From: Nitrospirota bacterium | Lineage (GTDB): Bacteria > Nitrospirota > UBA9217 | NCBI GenBank assembly: GCA_963754875.1 | Contig: CAVWHO010000022.1 | Span: 64,001-128,000, forward strand | Length of the DNA stretch: 64,000 nucleotides | Reading direction: 5' to 3' | Shown: piece by piece, positions 41,979 through 51,534 of the stretch | Numbering within the stretch: the stretch's first letter is position 1 | Layout of the letters: each line of letters starts with the position of its first letter | Translations under genes and position numbers: made by a program | The notes under the pieces: model-generated | Told to the model about the DNA's origin: nothing | Databases searched by the model: none | Seen by the model: only the letters and a program-made list of their open reading frames with translations

Positions 41979-42950
41979 CTATTTTTTCACGATCGTCACG
42001 TCTCCCGCAGCGACTGTCCGTGCGGTGCCCTCGTCAAGCTTGACAATGAGTCTGCCCTCGGCATCTATTCCCTGCGCCGAACCTTCGAATATTTCGCCCG
42101 CACCGCTTACGGCAATGCGGTTGCCTATGGTCATGTTGAGCTTTTCCCATTCCTTCAGGACGTCGGCAGGATCGTGAAGAAGCACCTGGTACCAGTGGTC
42201 GAGTTCCCTGAGGATCTCCCGAAGGAGCGCGGTCCTGCTCACCTTCCGGCCTGTCTCCGACATGAGAGTGGTCGTAGTGGTTCTGATGTCGCTTGGCAAT
42301 ACCTCGGGGTCCATATTCACATCCACACCGATGCCGAGCACGATGTGCCTGATGCGGTCCTGCTCTGCGCTCATCTCGGTTAGCAGGCCGCTAACCTTCT
42401 TGCCTGACAGGAGGACATCATTCGGCCACTTGATGGCAGCGTGAAGTTGGCAAACTGTCCTGATTGCAGATGCCACGGCTACAGCCCCTATCAGCGTGCT
42501 GAGCGGCGCCTTGTGCAGCGGTACATCCGGACGCAGGATCACACTGAAGTACAGATTGCCTTTCGGCGATATCCATTTCCTGCCGAGCCTTCCTTTGCCG
42601 CCGGTCTGTGTCTCGGCAATGACGACTGCGCCTTCAGGAGCACCTCGCGACGCCATCTCCATGGCAAGCGTATTGGTCGAAGATATCTCCGAAAAGAGAT
42701 GGATCTCTTTTCCGATAACCTTCGTTTTCAGGCCCGGTTTGATGTCGTTCTGCCGCAAGACGTCTGGCTCGGAAGTGATGCGGTAGCCCTGCGACGGCAC
42801 TGCGTCGATCCCGAAGCCGTCACGCTCCAGCGACTTGATGTGTTTCCAAACCATAGTGCGTGAGACCCCGGTCTTTCGTGCAAGCTCTTCGCCGGATAAG
42901 AAGCCGGAGCGTGATGCACGAAGAAGGTTCAGGATTTTTTCTTTATTCAT
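41979..42950 (-). CDS. birA: Bifunctional biotin ligase/repressor
   Basis: N-terminal HTH, QTGGKGRLGR, KWPND. Confidence 0.95.
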   Translation of the reverse strand: MNKEKILNLLRASRSGFLSGEELARKTGVSRTMVWKHIKSLERDGFGIDAVPSQGYRITSEPDVLRQNDIKPGLKTKVIGKEIHLFSEISSTNTLAMEMASRGAPEGAVVIAETQTGGKGRLGRKWISPKGNLYFSVILRPDVPLHKAPLSTLIGAVAVASAIRTVCQLHAAIKWPNDVLLSGKKVSGLLTEMSAEQDRIRHIVLGIGVDVNMDPEVLPSDIRTTTTTLMSETGRKVSRTALLREILRELDHWYQVLLHDPADVLKEWEKLNMTIGNRIAVSGAGEIFEGSAQGIDAEGRLIVKLDEGTARTVAAGDVTIVKK

Positions 42951-42983
42951 AGAATTTCAAGGTCAAGGAGCCAGGGTCATGCC

Positions 42984-43041
42984 GTAGGGGCGGCCCTGTG
43001 TGGCCGCCCGCATCAGGGCAACCACGCAGGGTTGCCCCTAC
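42984..43041. repeat. GTAG-family REP inverted doublet (REPIN-like)
   Basis: GTAGGGGCGGCCCTGTGTGGCCGCCC ... GGGCAACCACGCAGGGTTGCCCCTAC, flanked by heptamer arrays. Confidence 0.75.
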
Positions 43042-43065
43042 CTGAACCCCGACCCCTGAACCCTG

Positions 43066-43893
43066 CTATTTGATTTTCATGCTGATGTCCGCGGCAGGTG
43101 CGGAATGGGTGAGACTTCCGGAGGATATGAAGTCAACGCCTGTCTCCGCAACCGCACGAATCGTTTCGAGTGTAATGTTACCTGACGCCTCAACAGGGGC
43201 TTTACCGGCGATCAACTTCACTGCTTCGCGCATCATGTCTATCGGCATATTATCAAGCATGATGATGTCTGCTTTCGCGGCTATCGCCTCATGAACCTCA
43301 TCAAGTGTTTTCGTCTCCACTTCTACTTTGAGAAGAGGGTGGGCCGACCTCCTCGCGCCTTCAACGGCGTTCGTGATGCCGCCCGCGGCCTTGATGTGGT
43401 TGTCCTTAATCAGCGCGCCGTCGTACAACCCGAAGCGGTGATTTCTTCCTCCACCTACGCGCACCGCATATTTCTCGAGCTGCCGCAGGCCCGGCAGCGT
43501 CTTTCTCGTATCCAGCACGTCGGCCTTCAGACCCTTCACCCGCTCAACATACCGTGACGTCAACGTCGCAATACCGGACAGGTGCTGGAGAAGATTCAGC
43601 GCCACGCGCTCGCCGGCAAGCAAAGCCCGCGTGTTCCCGGACAGTTTCGCGATCTCCGTCCCGGCATTCAGCCGGTCGCCATCCTTCGCAAAGGTAGTAA
43701 ATTGGATGTCGGGATCGAGATAATGAAAGACCGCACGCGCTATGTCGAGCCCGGCAAGGACAAGGTCCTGCTTCGCCAGCACCACGGCTACAGACGACGA
43801 TTCAGGGCGGATCGTTGCCTCGGAGGTTACGTCGCCGGGACCCAGGTCTTCCTGCAATGCACGCGCGAGAAATTCTTTTAAGGTATGATCCAT
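43066..43893 (-). CDS. nadC: Quinolinate phosphoribosyltransferase
   Basis: DTRKT, HRFGL, IKDNH, MLDN, EASG. Confidence 0.96.
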   Translation of the reverse strand: MDHTLKEFLARALQEDLGPGDVTSEATIRPESSSVAVVLAKQDLVLAGLDIARAVFHYLDPDIQFTTFAKDGDRLNAGTEIAKLSGNTRALLAGERVALNLLQHLSGIATLTSRYVERVKGLKADVLDTRKTLPGLRQLEKYAVRVGGGRNHRFGLYDGALIKDNHIKAAGGITNAVEGARRSAHPLLKVEVETKTLDEVHEAIAAKADIIMLDNMPIDMMREAVKLIAGKAPVEASGNITLETIRAVAETGVDFISSGSLTHSAPAADISMKIK

Positions 43894-43909
43894 GATCGAT
43901 GAAGTTCGT

Positions 43910-46732
43910 TTATACCAGCATCTTCAGGCTCTGTTCAAGCTTTTCACGCTTGGCTTTGAATTCTTCGAGCTTCGCAGTGTCCTTTTCCACGACTTCCTTC
44001 GGAGCTTTGTCTACGAAGTTCTTATTCGAAAGCTTCTTTGAAAATACTTCGATGTCCTTTGAGATCTTTGCGATCTCTTTCTGCAGCCGGTCGCGTTCCT
44101 GGGTAAGATCAATGATACCCTCAAGCGGCACATATACTTCACCGTCTTTAATCACGCCGGTTGCGGCCGCTTTCGGCTTTGTCATAGTTTTACTTACCTT
44201 AAATTCAGATGCACCAGAGACTGCGATAGTTAAGGTTGACGTGCTGTCTAGCAAGCTGAGTAGTTCGTCTGTCTCTGCTTTTACGTTTACTGGTATCCGT
44301 TTAGAAGGTGGGATATTCATCTCGCCACGAATATTCCGAACAGCCATGTTTAGTTCCATGAACGTTTGCATTTTCTGTTCGATCCCGGCATTAATCATCT
44401 TCATGTCGGCAACCGGATACGCCGAAACCATAATTGACTCTTTTCTAGTTTCTGACTTCTGACTTCTGACTGTTTCCGGCAGCGTCTGCCATATCTCTTC
44501 GGTGATGTACGGCATGATCGGATGTAGGAGCCGTAGCGCTGTTTCGAGAACATACGCGAGGACGGTCTGGGTCGCCTTTCTCGACGGCAAGCCGACGTCC
44601 TCAAAAAACAGTGCGGGCTTGGACAACTCCAGGTACCAGTCGCAGTACTCATGCCAGATAAAGTGATAGAGATTCGATGCTACATCATTGAACCGGTATT
44701 CGGTGAGCGCGGACTGTACCTCTTTCGTGACCGTGTTCAGCCGGGACAGTATCCACTTGTCGGGAAGTGATGAGTTCGGAGTCAGAAGTTCAGCGTTTGG
44801 CGCGAAGTCTTCTTCCAGGTTCATCATCACGAACCTGCTCGCGTTCCAGATCTTGTTCGCAAAATTCCTGTATCCTTCGATGCGCTCAGTGGACATTTTG
44901 ATGTCCCTGCCCTGGGCAGCAAAGGCGGTGAGCGTGAACCGGAAGGCGTCGGTGCCGTACTGATCGATCATCACGAGCGGGTCGATCACGTTACCCTTCG
45001 ACTTGCTCATCTTCTGGCCTTCTGCATCGCGCACGAGCGCATGGATGTACACGTCACGGAACGGGACATCCTTCATAAAGTGAAGCCCCATCATAATCAT
45101 TCGCGCCACCCAGAAGAAGATGATATCGAAGCTCGTGATCAAGACCGAGGTGGGATAGTAAACAGAAAGCTCCTTGGTCTTTTCAGGCCAGCCGAGCGTG
45201 GAGAACGGCCACAGTGCTGACGAGAACCAGGTGTCGAGGACGTCGGGGTCACGAACCAGAATGGAAGAACCGCAAGTTGGGCATTTTATCGGAGGTTCTT
45301 TTTGGACAATAGGCTTTGCATCTATTCCAATGATTAACTTAACCTCTTCAACATGTGTTGGCAGCGTTCCGCCTTCTCCGACTGCCGTCACTGAGCCGAT
45401 GGGGACTTCCAGTACTTCGGTCTTATTGCATTCCATGCAGTACCATGCTGGAATCTGATGCCCCCACCAGATCTGGCGGGAGATACACCAATCTTTGATG
45501 TTCCGCATCCACTCGAAATAGGTGTTCTCCCACCCCTTGGGCACAATCTTTACCCGTCCTTCCTCGACTGCTTTAATTGCAGGGATCGCAAGCGATTCAG
45601 TTTTAACAAACCATTGAGGGGATAAATAGGGTTCGACAACAGTTTTGCAACGATAACATTTCCCTATTGAATGAGCATGTTCCTCTGTCTTGACCAGATA
45701 GCCTTTTTCGTTCAGCAGCTCGACAACAATCCCTCGAGCTTTCTTTGCCGGCTTTCCAGAAACCTGTTTTCGAACATCTGGTAGGACATCCGGAATATCT
45801 ATTGCAATTTCCGCGTGATCATTGAGTATCTTGATTCGAGGAAGTTCCGGAGTCTGGCGCATGCCGGCTTCGTAGTCGTTGAAGTCGTGCGCCGGGGTCA
45901 CCTTGACCGCGCCGGTTCCGAATTCCAGATCTACGAGGACGGAGTCGCCGATGATCGGGATCTTCCTGTTCGTGAGCGGCAAATCGACCGTCTTGCCGAT
46001 GAGGTCCTTGTACCGCGGATCAAGCGGATGAACAGCGACCGCAGTATCACCCAGCATGGTCTCAGGACGCGTCGTTGCGACTGTCAAGCGGATATTATGG
46101 TCATGGGAGAGCGGATAAGCGATGTGATAGAGTTTCCCCTTCTCATCCTCGTGCTCGACCTCGATGTCCGAAAGCGCCGTGTGGCATCGCGGGCACCAGT
46201 TAATGAGACGCTCGCCGCGGTAGATCAGACCTTCCTCGTAGAGCGTTACGAAAACCTCAAGAACAGCTTTCGACAAACCAGGGTCCATCGTAAACCGTTC
46301 GCGATCCCAATCACACGAGGCACCCATGCGCTTCAGCTGGTTGATAATTCTTCCGCCATATTCCTGCTTCCACTTCCAGACTTCTTTTACAAAAGCATCT
46401 CTCCCCATCATGTGCCGATCTACATCGTTTTTCGCGAGTTGCCGTTCCACAACGTTCTGCGTAGCGATGCCGGCGTGGTCCGTGCCGGGCACCCAAAGGG
46501 TGTTCCTGCCGGACATGCGCATCCAGCGTGCGAGGATGTCCTGGAGCGTAGAGTTCAATGCGTGGCCGATATGGAGCGACCCCGTCACGTTCGGGGGCGG
46601 GATCACTATGGAAAACGAGCGACCGCCGGCGTTCTCGTTGGCATGAAAATATTTTTTTTTAAGCCAGAATTCGTACCACTTCTGTTCTACGGATTTCGGG
46701 TCATAGGATTTCGGTAGTTCTTTGGTGGGCAT
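43910..46732 (-). CDS. valS: Valyl-tRNA synthetase
   Basis: PPPNVTGSLHIGH, DWCISRQ, KMSKS, C-terminal coiled coil; start MPTKEL. Confidence 0.97.
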   Translation of the reverse strand: MPTKELPKSYDPKSVEQKWYEFWLKKKYFHANENAGGRSFSIVIPPPNVTGSLHIGHALNSTLQDILARWMRMSGRNTLWVPGTDHAGIATQNVVERQLAKNDVDRHMMGRDAFVKEVWKWKQEYGGRIINQLKRMGASCDWDRERFTMDPGLSKAVLEVFVTLYEEGLIYRGERLINWCPRCHTALSDIEVEHEDEKGKLYHIAYPLSHDHNIRLTVATTRPETMLGDTAVAVHPLDPRYKDLIGKTVDLPLTNRKIPIIGDSVLVDLEFGTGAVKVTPAHDFNDYEAGMRQTPELPRIKILNDHAEIAIDIPDVLPDVRKQVSGKPAKKARGIVVELLNEKGYLVKTEEHAHSIGKCYRCKTVVEPYLSPQWFVKTESLAIPAIKAVEEGRVKIVPKGWENTYFEWMRNIKDWCISRQIWWGHQIPAWYCMECNKTEVLEVPIGSVTAVGEGGTLPTHVEEVKLIIGIDAKPIVQKEPPIKCPTCGSSILVRDPDVLDTWFSSALWPFSTLGWPEKTKELSVYYPTSVLITSFDIIFFWVARMIMMGLHFMKDVPFRDVYIHALVRDAEGQKMSKSKGNVIDPLVMIDQYGTDAFRFTLTAFAAQGRDIKMSTERIEGYRNFANKIWNASRFVMMNLEEDFAPNAELLTPNSSLPDKWILSRLNTVTKEVQSALTEYRFNDVASNLYHFIWHEYCDWYLELSKPALFFEDVGLPSRKATQTVLAYVLETALRLLHPIMPYITEEIWQTLPETVRSQKSETRKESIMVSAYPVADMKMINAGIEQKMQTFMELNMAVRNIRGEMNIPPSKRIPVNVKAETDELLSLLDSTSTLTIAVSGASEFKVSKTMTKPKAAATGVIKDGEVYVPLEGIIDLTQERDRLQKEIAKISKDIEVFSKKLSNKNFVDKAPKEVVEKDTAKLEEFKAKREKLEQSLKMLV

Positions 46733-46912
46733 GCAAGCTGCTCCTTGTCGTGGAAGCGTGTTCACCGCAAAGGTCGCAAAAAAGTGATCCGATTCGAGAA
46801 CCTGTCCTTCTGCGTCCTCGGCGGGAAAAATCAGCACGAATAAAAAATAGGGGAACGAGTCCCCTACAGAGGTTGATCTTTTTGTTTGAAGTATACCCCG
46901 GATATGGGGATG

Positions 46913-48040
46913 CTACTGTACGGCTTTCAGTCGTTCTATCTCTTCTTTGATCATTTGCTCAGCCAGCGGAGGAATCACTTCCCAGGCAACTTTCTCGATC
47001 ACCTCTCGCGCAATGTCCCGGGCGATCTTCGAGACTGCTTCCTCGATCCCTCTCCGTACCGTGTCGTCCGATATCTTTGGAAGCGGAGGAGGGGGCATGT
47101 CTTTAAACATATCCTGCGCCATCTTCGAGATTAGTTTTTCTGCCATACCGCGCAATTCGCTCTCGGGCAAGACTGTGGGTGCCGGGGCTGCTCGGTTTTC
47201 GATTGCCTCTTTCACCGCCTTCGAGACACTTGTTTCAACCATACTCCGCACTTGATCGTCCGTGATCTGCTGCGGCACTGGCGGCTCGTGGGCTGAACCA
47301 GCGGACGCGAAAAGCTTTGGCTCTTGAGGCATATTTGCCTTCGGGGCGGGTTCCATGGCCAAATCAAATACCTCAAAGGGAACAATCTCCGGCTCTCTCG
47401 GTTGCTCGTTCAATCCCAATCCGGCACGCATCTCTTCCACAGCCCTGGCGCCGACGGGCAAAACCGGGGAACTCTCGCGCGGGACCGTGTCTTCCACTTC
47501 TTCGACTTCGGGTTCAACTTCATATACCGACTCTTCTTCGCTGAGAAGCTCGGTAGCCTTCTTGAGTTCCGCTTGCGTGGGCGCTTCCTTGATGATTTCA
47601 AAAATGTCCGATGGCGCGGCCTGCCTGGGTTTAGCAATTGGCGGCGTTACGGGTGCAGCGGGACGGGAGGGGACTGCAGCAAGCGCCTTTTTTACCTTGC
47701 CGATAAGTTCCTGCGACTCGAAGGGCTTGGCAATATTGTCGACAATCCCCTCCTGATTGCCTTTTACAGAGTCATACACGTCGTCCCTGCTCATCATGAG
47801 AATGACGGGGGTCTGGGAGAGCTGCGGCTCTTGTTTGAGCCGTCCGGCAAAACTATAGCCATCAATGCGCGGGAGGTCCACGTCCACCAGCACCACATCG
47901 GGCACGAATCGTGATGCTTCCTGAAGGCCGGTGTCTCCGTCGCTTACGCAGGCCACCTCGTAGTCTTTTCCTGAAAAAAGCATCTCCACCACCTTTTGGA
48001 TGGTTATGCTCTTGTCCGCCAATAATATCTTAACCGGCAT
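46913..48040 (-). CDS. romR: RomR-like response regulator (REC, Pro/Glu-rich linker, conserved C-terminal helix)
   Basis: C-terminal REVIEKVAWEVIPPLAEQMIKEEIERL matches my recollection of the RomR C-terminus. Confidence 0.7.
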   Translation of the reverse strand: MPVKILLADKSITIQKVVEMLFSGKDYEVACVSDGDTGLQEASRFVPDVVLVDVDLPRIDGYSFAGRLKQEPQLSQTPVILMMSRDDVYDSVKGNQEGIVDNIAKPFESQELIGKVKKALAAVPSRPAAPVTPPIAKPRQAAPSDIFEIIKEAPTQAELKKATELLSEEESVYEVEPEVEEVEDTVPRESSPVLPVGARAVEEMRAGLGLNEQPREPEIVPFEVFDLAMEPAPKANMPQEPKLFASAGSAHEPPVPQQITDDQVRSMVETSVSKAVKEAIENRAAPAPTVLPESELRGMAEKLISKMAQDMFKDMPPPPLPKISDDTVRRGIEEAVSKIARDIAREVIEKVAWEVIPPLAEQMIKEEIERLKAVQ

Positions 48041-48479
48041 GTAACAACCTTTCGAAATCGAGGATAACGATGTCCTGCTCGTCTTCGACTACGATCCCTT
48101 TCACGTATTTCGTCTCGATCTCCTGCGACGTTTCGGGTGCCTTGGTCGGGTCCACCAACGTCGCCATCTTGACAACGCTGTCCACGATAATGCCGAAGGG
48201 AACACCGTTTTCCTCTAGCAGGATGATGCTCCGGCTCACTGCGGACTGGTCTTTTTCTTCAGCGGTAAACCCGATCTGCCCCGGCTTGCCCACACCAAGC
48301 CTCTGCGCAAGATTGAAGACCGGGTACACGGTCCCCCGATAATCGATCAGTCCTTCGACATAAGAATATGAAAGCGGCACCGGCCGTGACCGGCGCCAGG
48401 GCAGAATCTCGATCGCCCCGCTGAGGCGTGCACCGAACAGTCTTCCCGACAGGAGAAATATCAGATAGCTGCTCGTCAT
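48030..48479 (-). CDS. cheW: CheW-like protein
   Basis: GLIDYRGTVYPVFNL, GIIVD. Confidence 0.85.
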   Translation of the reverse strand: MTSSYLIFLLSGRLFGARLSGAIEILPWRRSRPVPLSYSYVEGLIDYRGTVYPVFNLAQRLGVGKPGQIGFTAEEKDQSAVSRSIILLEENGVPFGIIVDSVVKMATLVDPTKAPETSQEIETKYVKGIVVEDEQDIVILDFERLLHAG

Positions 48480-48886
48480 GGCAGCAGTCCGTCTTCGTTC
48501 AGCAGGAGTACAAGGTTCTCTTTATGTCTCAGGATCCCACTGAAATACCGGTAGCTGGGATTGATGACTCCCTTGGGCATCACAACCGGTTTCTGTTCAG
48601 TGTCCAGCAGCTCGGTTACAGCATCAACCAGCAGACCAACCATGCCCGTGACACTCTTGACAACGAGAAGTGTCTCCCCGAGCGCACCGGGCAGTTTGAA
48701 GATCTTTTTAATATTCAGCACGGGAATCAGCTTGCCCCGAAACTCTATTTTCCCCTCGAACATCGCGCTCAGATTCGGGTCTTTCTGGAGGACGCGGGGC
48801 ACCGTAATTTCCAGCAGTCTGGTTATCGGGAGCGCATAGCTCTCGCCGCTCAGTAATAATATCAGAAAACGAGTCCTGTCGTCCAT
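48476..48886 (-). CDS. cheW: CheW-like protein
   Basis: FRGKLIPVLNI, GLLVDAV. Confidence 0.85.
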   Translation of the reverse strand: MDDRTRFLILLLSGESYALPITRLLEITVPRVLQKDPNLSAMFEGKIEFRGKLIPVLNIKKIFKLPGALGETLLVVKSVTGMVGLLVDAVTELLDTEQKPVVMPKGVINPSYRYFSGILRHKENLVLLLNEDGLLP

Positions 48887-48901
48887 ATGTTCTTTGGGGG
48901 G

Positions 48902-51529
48902 TCAGGCCCTGCCTGCGAGGGCTGCGCCACTCAGCAGTTTTTTGAGCGCTCCGAGCATTTCCTGTTCTTCAAAAGGCTTTACCAGGTAATCCTGGGCGCC
49001 CATATCGATGGCTTTCTGCCGATGTTTGTCTCCCGCTCGAGAAGTGAGAACAATGACAGGGATGTTCATGAGTTCTGGGCTCTTCTTCATCTCGGCCATG
49101 AGGTCATACCCGTGCATGACCGGCATTTCAAGGTCCGTGATTACGGCGTCAAATTTTAAACGGCCCATGATGTTGAGTGCCTCCATGCCGTCTGGGGCCA
49201 CCTCAACTTCATAACCCGTGCGGTCGAGGAAGCGCTGTACGTATTTGCGGATGCTGATGGAGTCGTCAACGACCAGGATCCTGGGCTTTCGCTTGGCAAC
49301 TTCCGGCACGGGCATGGACACTTCCCGCGTCGTAACCACTCTGGCCTTGGTTGAGATCGCCGCTTCGTCACCGAATAAAGAGGCAATATTGATGATAAGC
49401 CGCACGTTGCCTTCACCCGATATCGTGGCGCCGGAAAAGAGTTTGACACCTTTCAGATAGTCGCCGAGAGATTTCACCACGATCTCTTCCCGGCCCGTAA
49501 TTTCCTCCACCATCAGTGCCAGTTTCTTCTCAGCCATACCGAGGATCAGCGTGGGGTGACGGAAGGTTTCGTCCTTTTTTGGGAACTTGCCCACGCCGAA
49601 CAGCTCGTTCAGCTTGACGAGGTGGAGCAAGGTCCCGCGAAGCCCCACCATTTCCTCGCCCGCGGCCCGTTGGATGTCTTTGTACGAAAACCGGGTTGTT
49701 TCCTCAACGAGGTGCATGGGCACGGCGATTTCCTGGTCTTTGAGTTTTACGATCAGCGCCTGCGCAATGGCAAGCGTGAGCGGGAGCCTGATCACAAACT
49801 TCGTTCCCACGCCTTTTTCCGTCCGGATTTCGATCCTGCCGTTGATCCGCGCAAGATGCGTAGAGACCACGTCCATGCCGACGCCCCGGCCCGAAACCTT
49901 GCTGATTTTCTGGGCCGTGGAATATCCGGGGCGGAAGATCAGGTTGATCGATTCCGAATCCGTGAGCGACTGCGCCTCTGCCGCGCTCATGAACCCTTTG
50001 TCTACAGCGGTCTGCCTGAGCACGGCCGGGTCCATGCCGCGCCCATCATCTTCGATCTCGATAATGATACTGTTTCCCTCGTGTCGCGCATTCAGAATGA
50101 GCGAGCCCGTCGGATCTTTTCCCACTGCCTTGCGTTCTGCAACCGTCTCGATGCCGTGGGAAATTGCATTCCTGATCATGTGCATCAGCGGATCTGAGAT
50201 GATCTCAAAGATCGTCTTGTCGATCTTGGTCTCCCCGCCCGAGACCACCATGTTCACATTCTTGCTCTCTTCCTGGGCTATGTCTCGAACCGGCCTCTGA
50301 AACAGCTGGTAAAGTTTATCCATCTCTACCATGCGGGCCATCGTGATTTCGTCTTGAAGGTTCGTAGTAATCGTGGAGATACGCGCGGTATCGAGCTCGA
50401 AGGAGTCAAAAAAGCCCGCAAGCTGGGTCATGATCTCGTTCGTGTCGTTTGTGATTTCCGTAAGTTTACGCGAGAGCAGGTTGAAGTCGTCATACCGGTC
50501 GAACTCGAGCTCGAGAAAATCAGTTGCCTGCTCAGCAGCCTCTTGTTTCGCGCCGGAAGACTCCACACTCAAGGTATACTCGTATTTTTCTTCAAACTTC
50601 TTGATCTCGTGCAGCAGGCGGTCCTGGCTGAAGTCAAGCTCTTCCCGGAGCGATTTGATCAGGTCGACCTGACGTGCGAGCCGGTTACGGTTGACAACCA
50701 TTTCACCTACGAGGTTCATGAGATTATCGAGCCGGTCGATATTGACCCGGATGAACTGTTTTTCCAGGTCGACAGCATCCGCAGCGCGCCGCCCGGGTCC
50801 TCGTTTTTCTAGAATGCCGGTCTTCTTGGCCTCTTCAAGTTCTTGCCGGAGCTGGTCGGCGGACTTCGCGGGCGGAGTGGGGCTCGCGACTGGCAACTGA
50901 ACTCCAGCCGGAGGAACCGTCGCCTTGGGCGGGATGACAGCTGGTTGCGAATGTGACGATTCGTCGAGCAGCGGTTCGAAAGCACGGAGCTCTTCACGGC
51001 CGACATCGAAGGTCTTTTCCCACGCAATATCGAGATCGTCCTCATGTTCGTCATCCGCTGCAGCCGGGCGAGGCTTCTGGGAAACGTCAAACAGCTCTTC
51101 TTCCGGTGAAGAAGTTGGAGATTCCGTCTTCCCCATGCTCTCAACAACTTCTTTGTAAGCCCGGCCTATGCTTTCTACGACGAGGGGATCTTCCTGCTGA
51201 TTGGCGGCTACGCCGTCCACCATGACTTTAACGGCGTCAACACTGTCGAAGAGAAAATTGAGGGTTTCTTTGCAGATGGGAATGGTGCCGGAGCGGAACT
51301 GGCCGAGCATGTCTTCGGCCTTATGGGCCACATCACTGACTCCCTGAAATCCCATCATGGCCGCCGAACCTTTAAGCGTGTGAGCAGCCCGGAAAAGCTC
51401 GTCGATCATGGCGGTGTCACTGGGGTCCTTCTCAAGAGACAAGAGTCCCTTATTCAGGTTTTGCAGATGCTCACCAGCCTCGACAAGAAAAAACTCGATG
51501 ATGCCTGATTTATCTAAAGGACCTGCCAT
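48902..51529 (-). CDS. cheA: Hybrid CheA/ChpA-type kinase (Hpt, dimerisation, HATPase, CheW, REC)
   Basis: FRAAHTLKG, HMIRNAISHG, SGRGVGMDVV, C-terminal REC. Confidence 0.93.
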   Translation of the reverse strand: MAGPLDKSGIIEFFLVEAGEHLQNLNKGLLSLEKDPSDTAMIDELFRAAHTLKGSAAMMGFQGVSDVAHKAEDMLGQFRSGTIPICKETLNFLFDSVDAVKVMVDGVAANQQEDPLVVESIGRAYKEVVESMGKTESPTSSPEEELFDVSQKPRPAAADDEHEDDLDIAWEKTFDVGREELRAFEPLLDESSHSQPAVIPPKATVPPAGVQLPVASPTPPAKSADQLRQELEEAKKTGILEKRGPGRRAADAVDLEKQFIRVNIDRLDNLMNLVGEMVVNRNRLARQVDLIKSLREELDFSQDRLLHEIKKFEEKYEYTLSVESSGAKQEAAEQATDFLELEFDRYDDFNLLSRKLTEITNDTNEIMTQLAGFFDSFELDTARISTITTNLQDEITMARMVEMDKLYQLFQRPVRDIAQEESKNVNMVVSGGETKIDKTIFEIISDPLMHMIRNAISHGIETVAERKAVGKDPTGSLILNARHEGNSIIIEIEDDGRGMDPAVLRQTAVDKGFMSAAEAQSLTDSESINLIFRPGYSTAQKISKVSGRGVGMDVVSTHLARINGRIEIRTEKGVGTKFVIRLPLTLAIAQALIVKLKDQEIAVPMHLVEETTRFSYKDIQRAAGEEMVGLRGTLLHLVKLNELFGVGKFPKKDETFRHPTLILGMAEKKLALMVEEITGREEIVVKSLGDYLKGVKLFSGATISGEGNVRLIINIASLFGDEAAISTKARVVTTREVSMPVPEVAKRKPRILVVDDSISIRKYVQRFLDRTGYEVEVAPDGMEALNIMGRLKFDAVITDLEMPVMHGYDLMAEMKKSPELMNIPVIVLTSRAGDKHRQKAIDMGAQDYLVKPFEEQEMLGALKKLLSGAALAGRA

Positions 51530-51534
51530 AGAGC

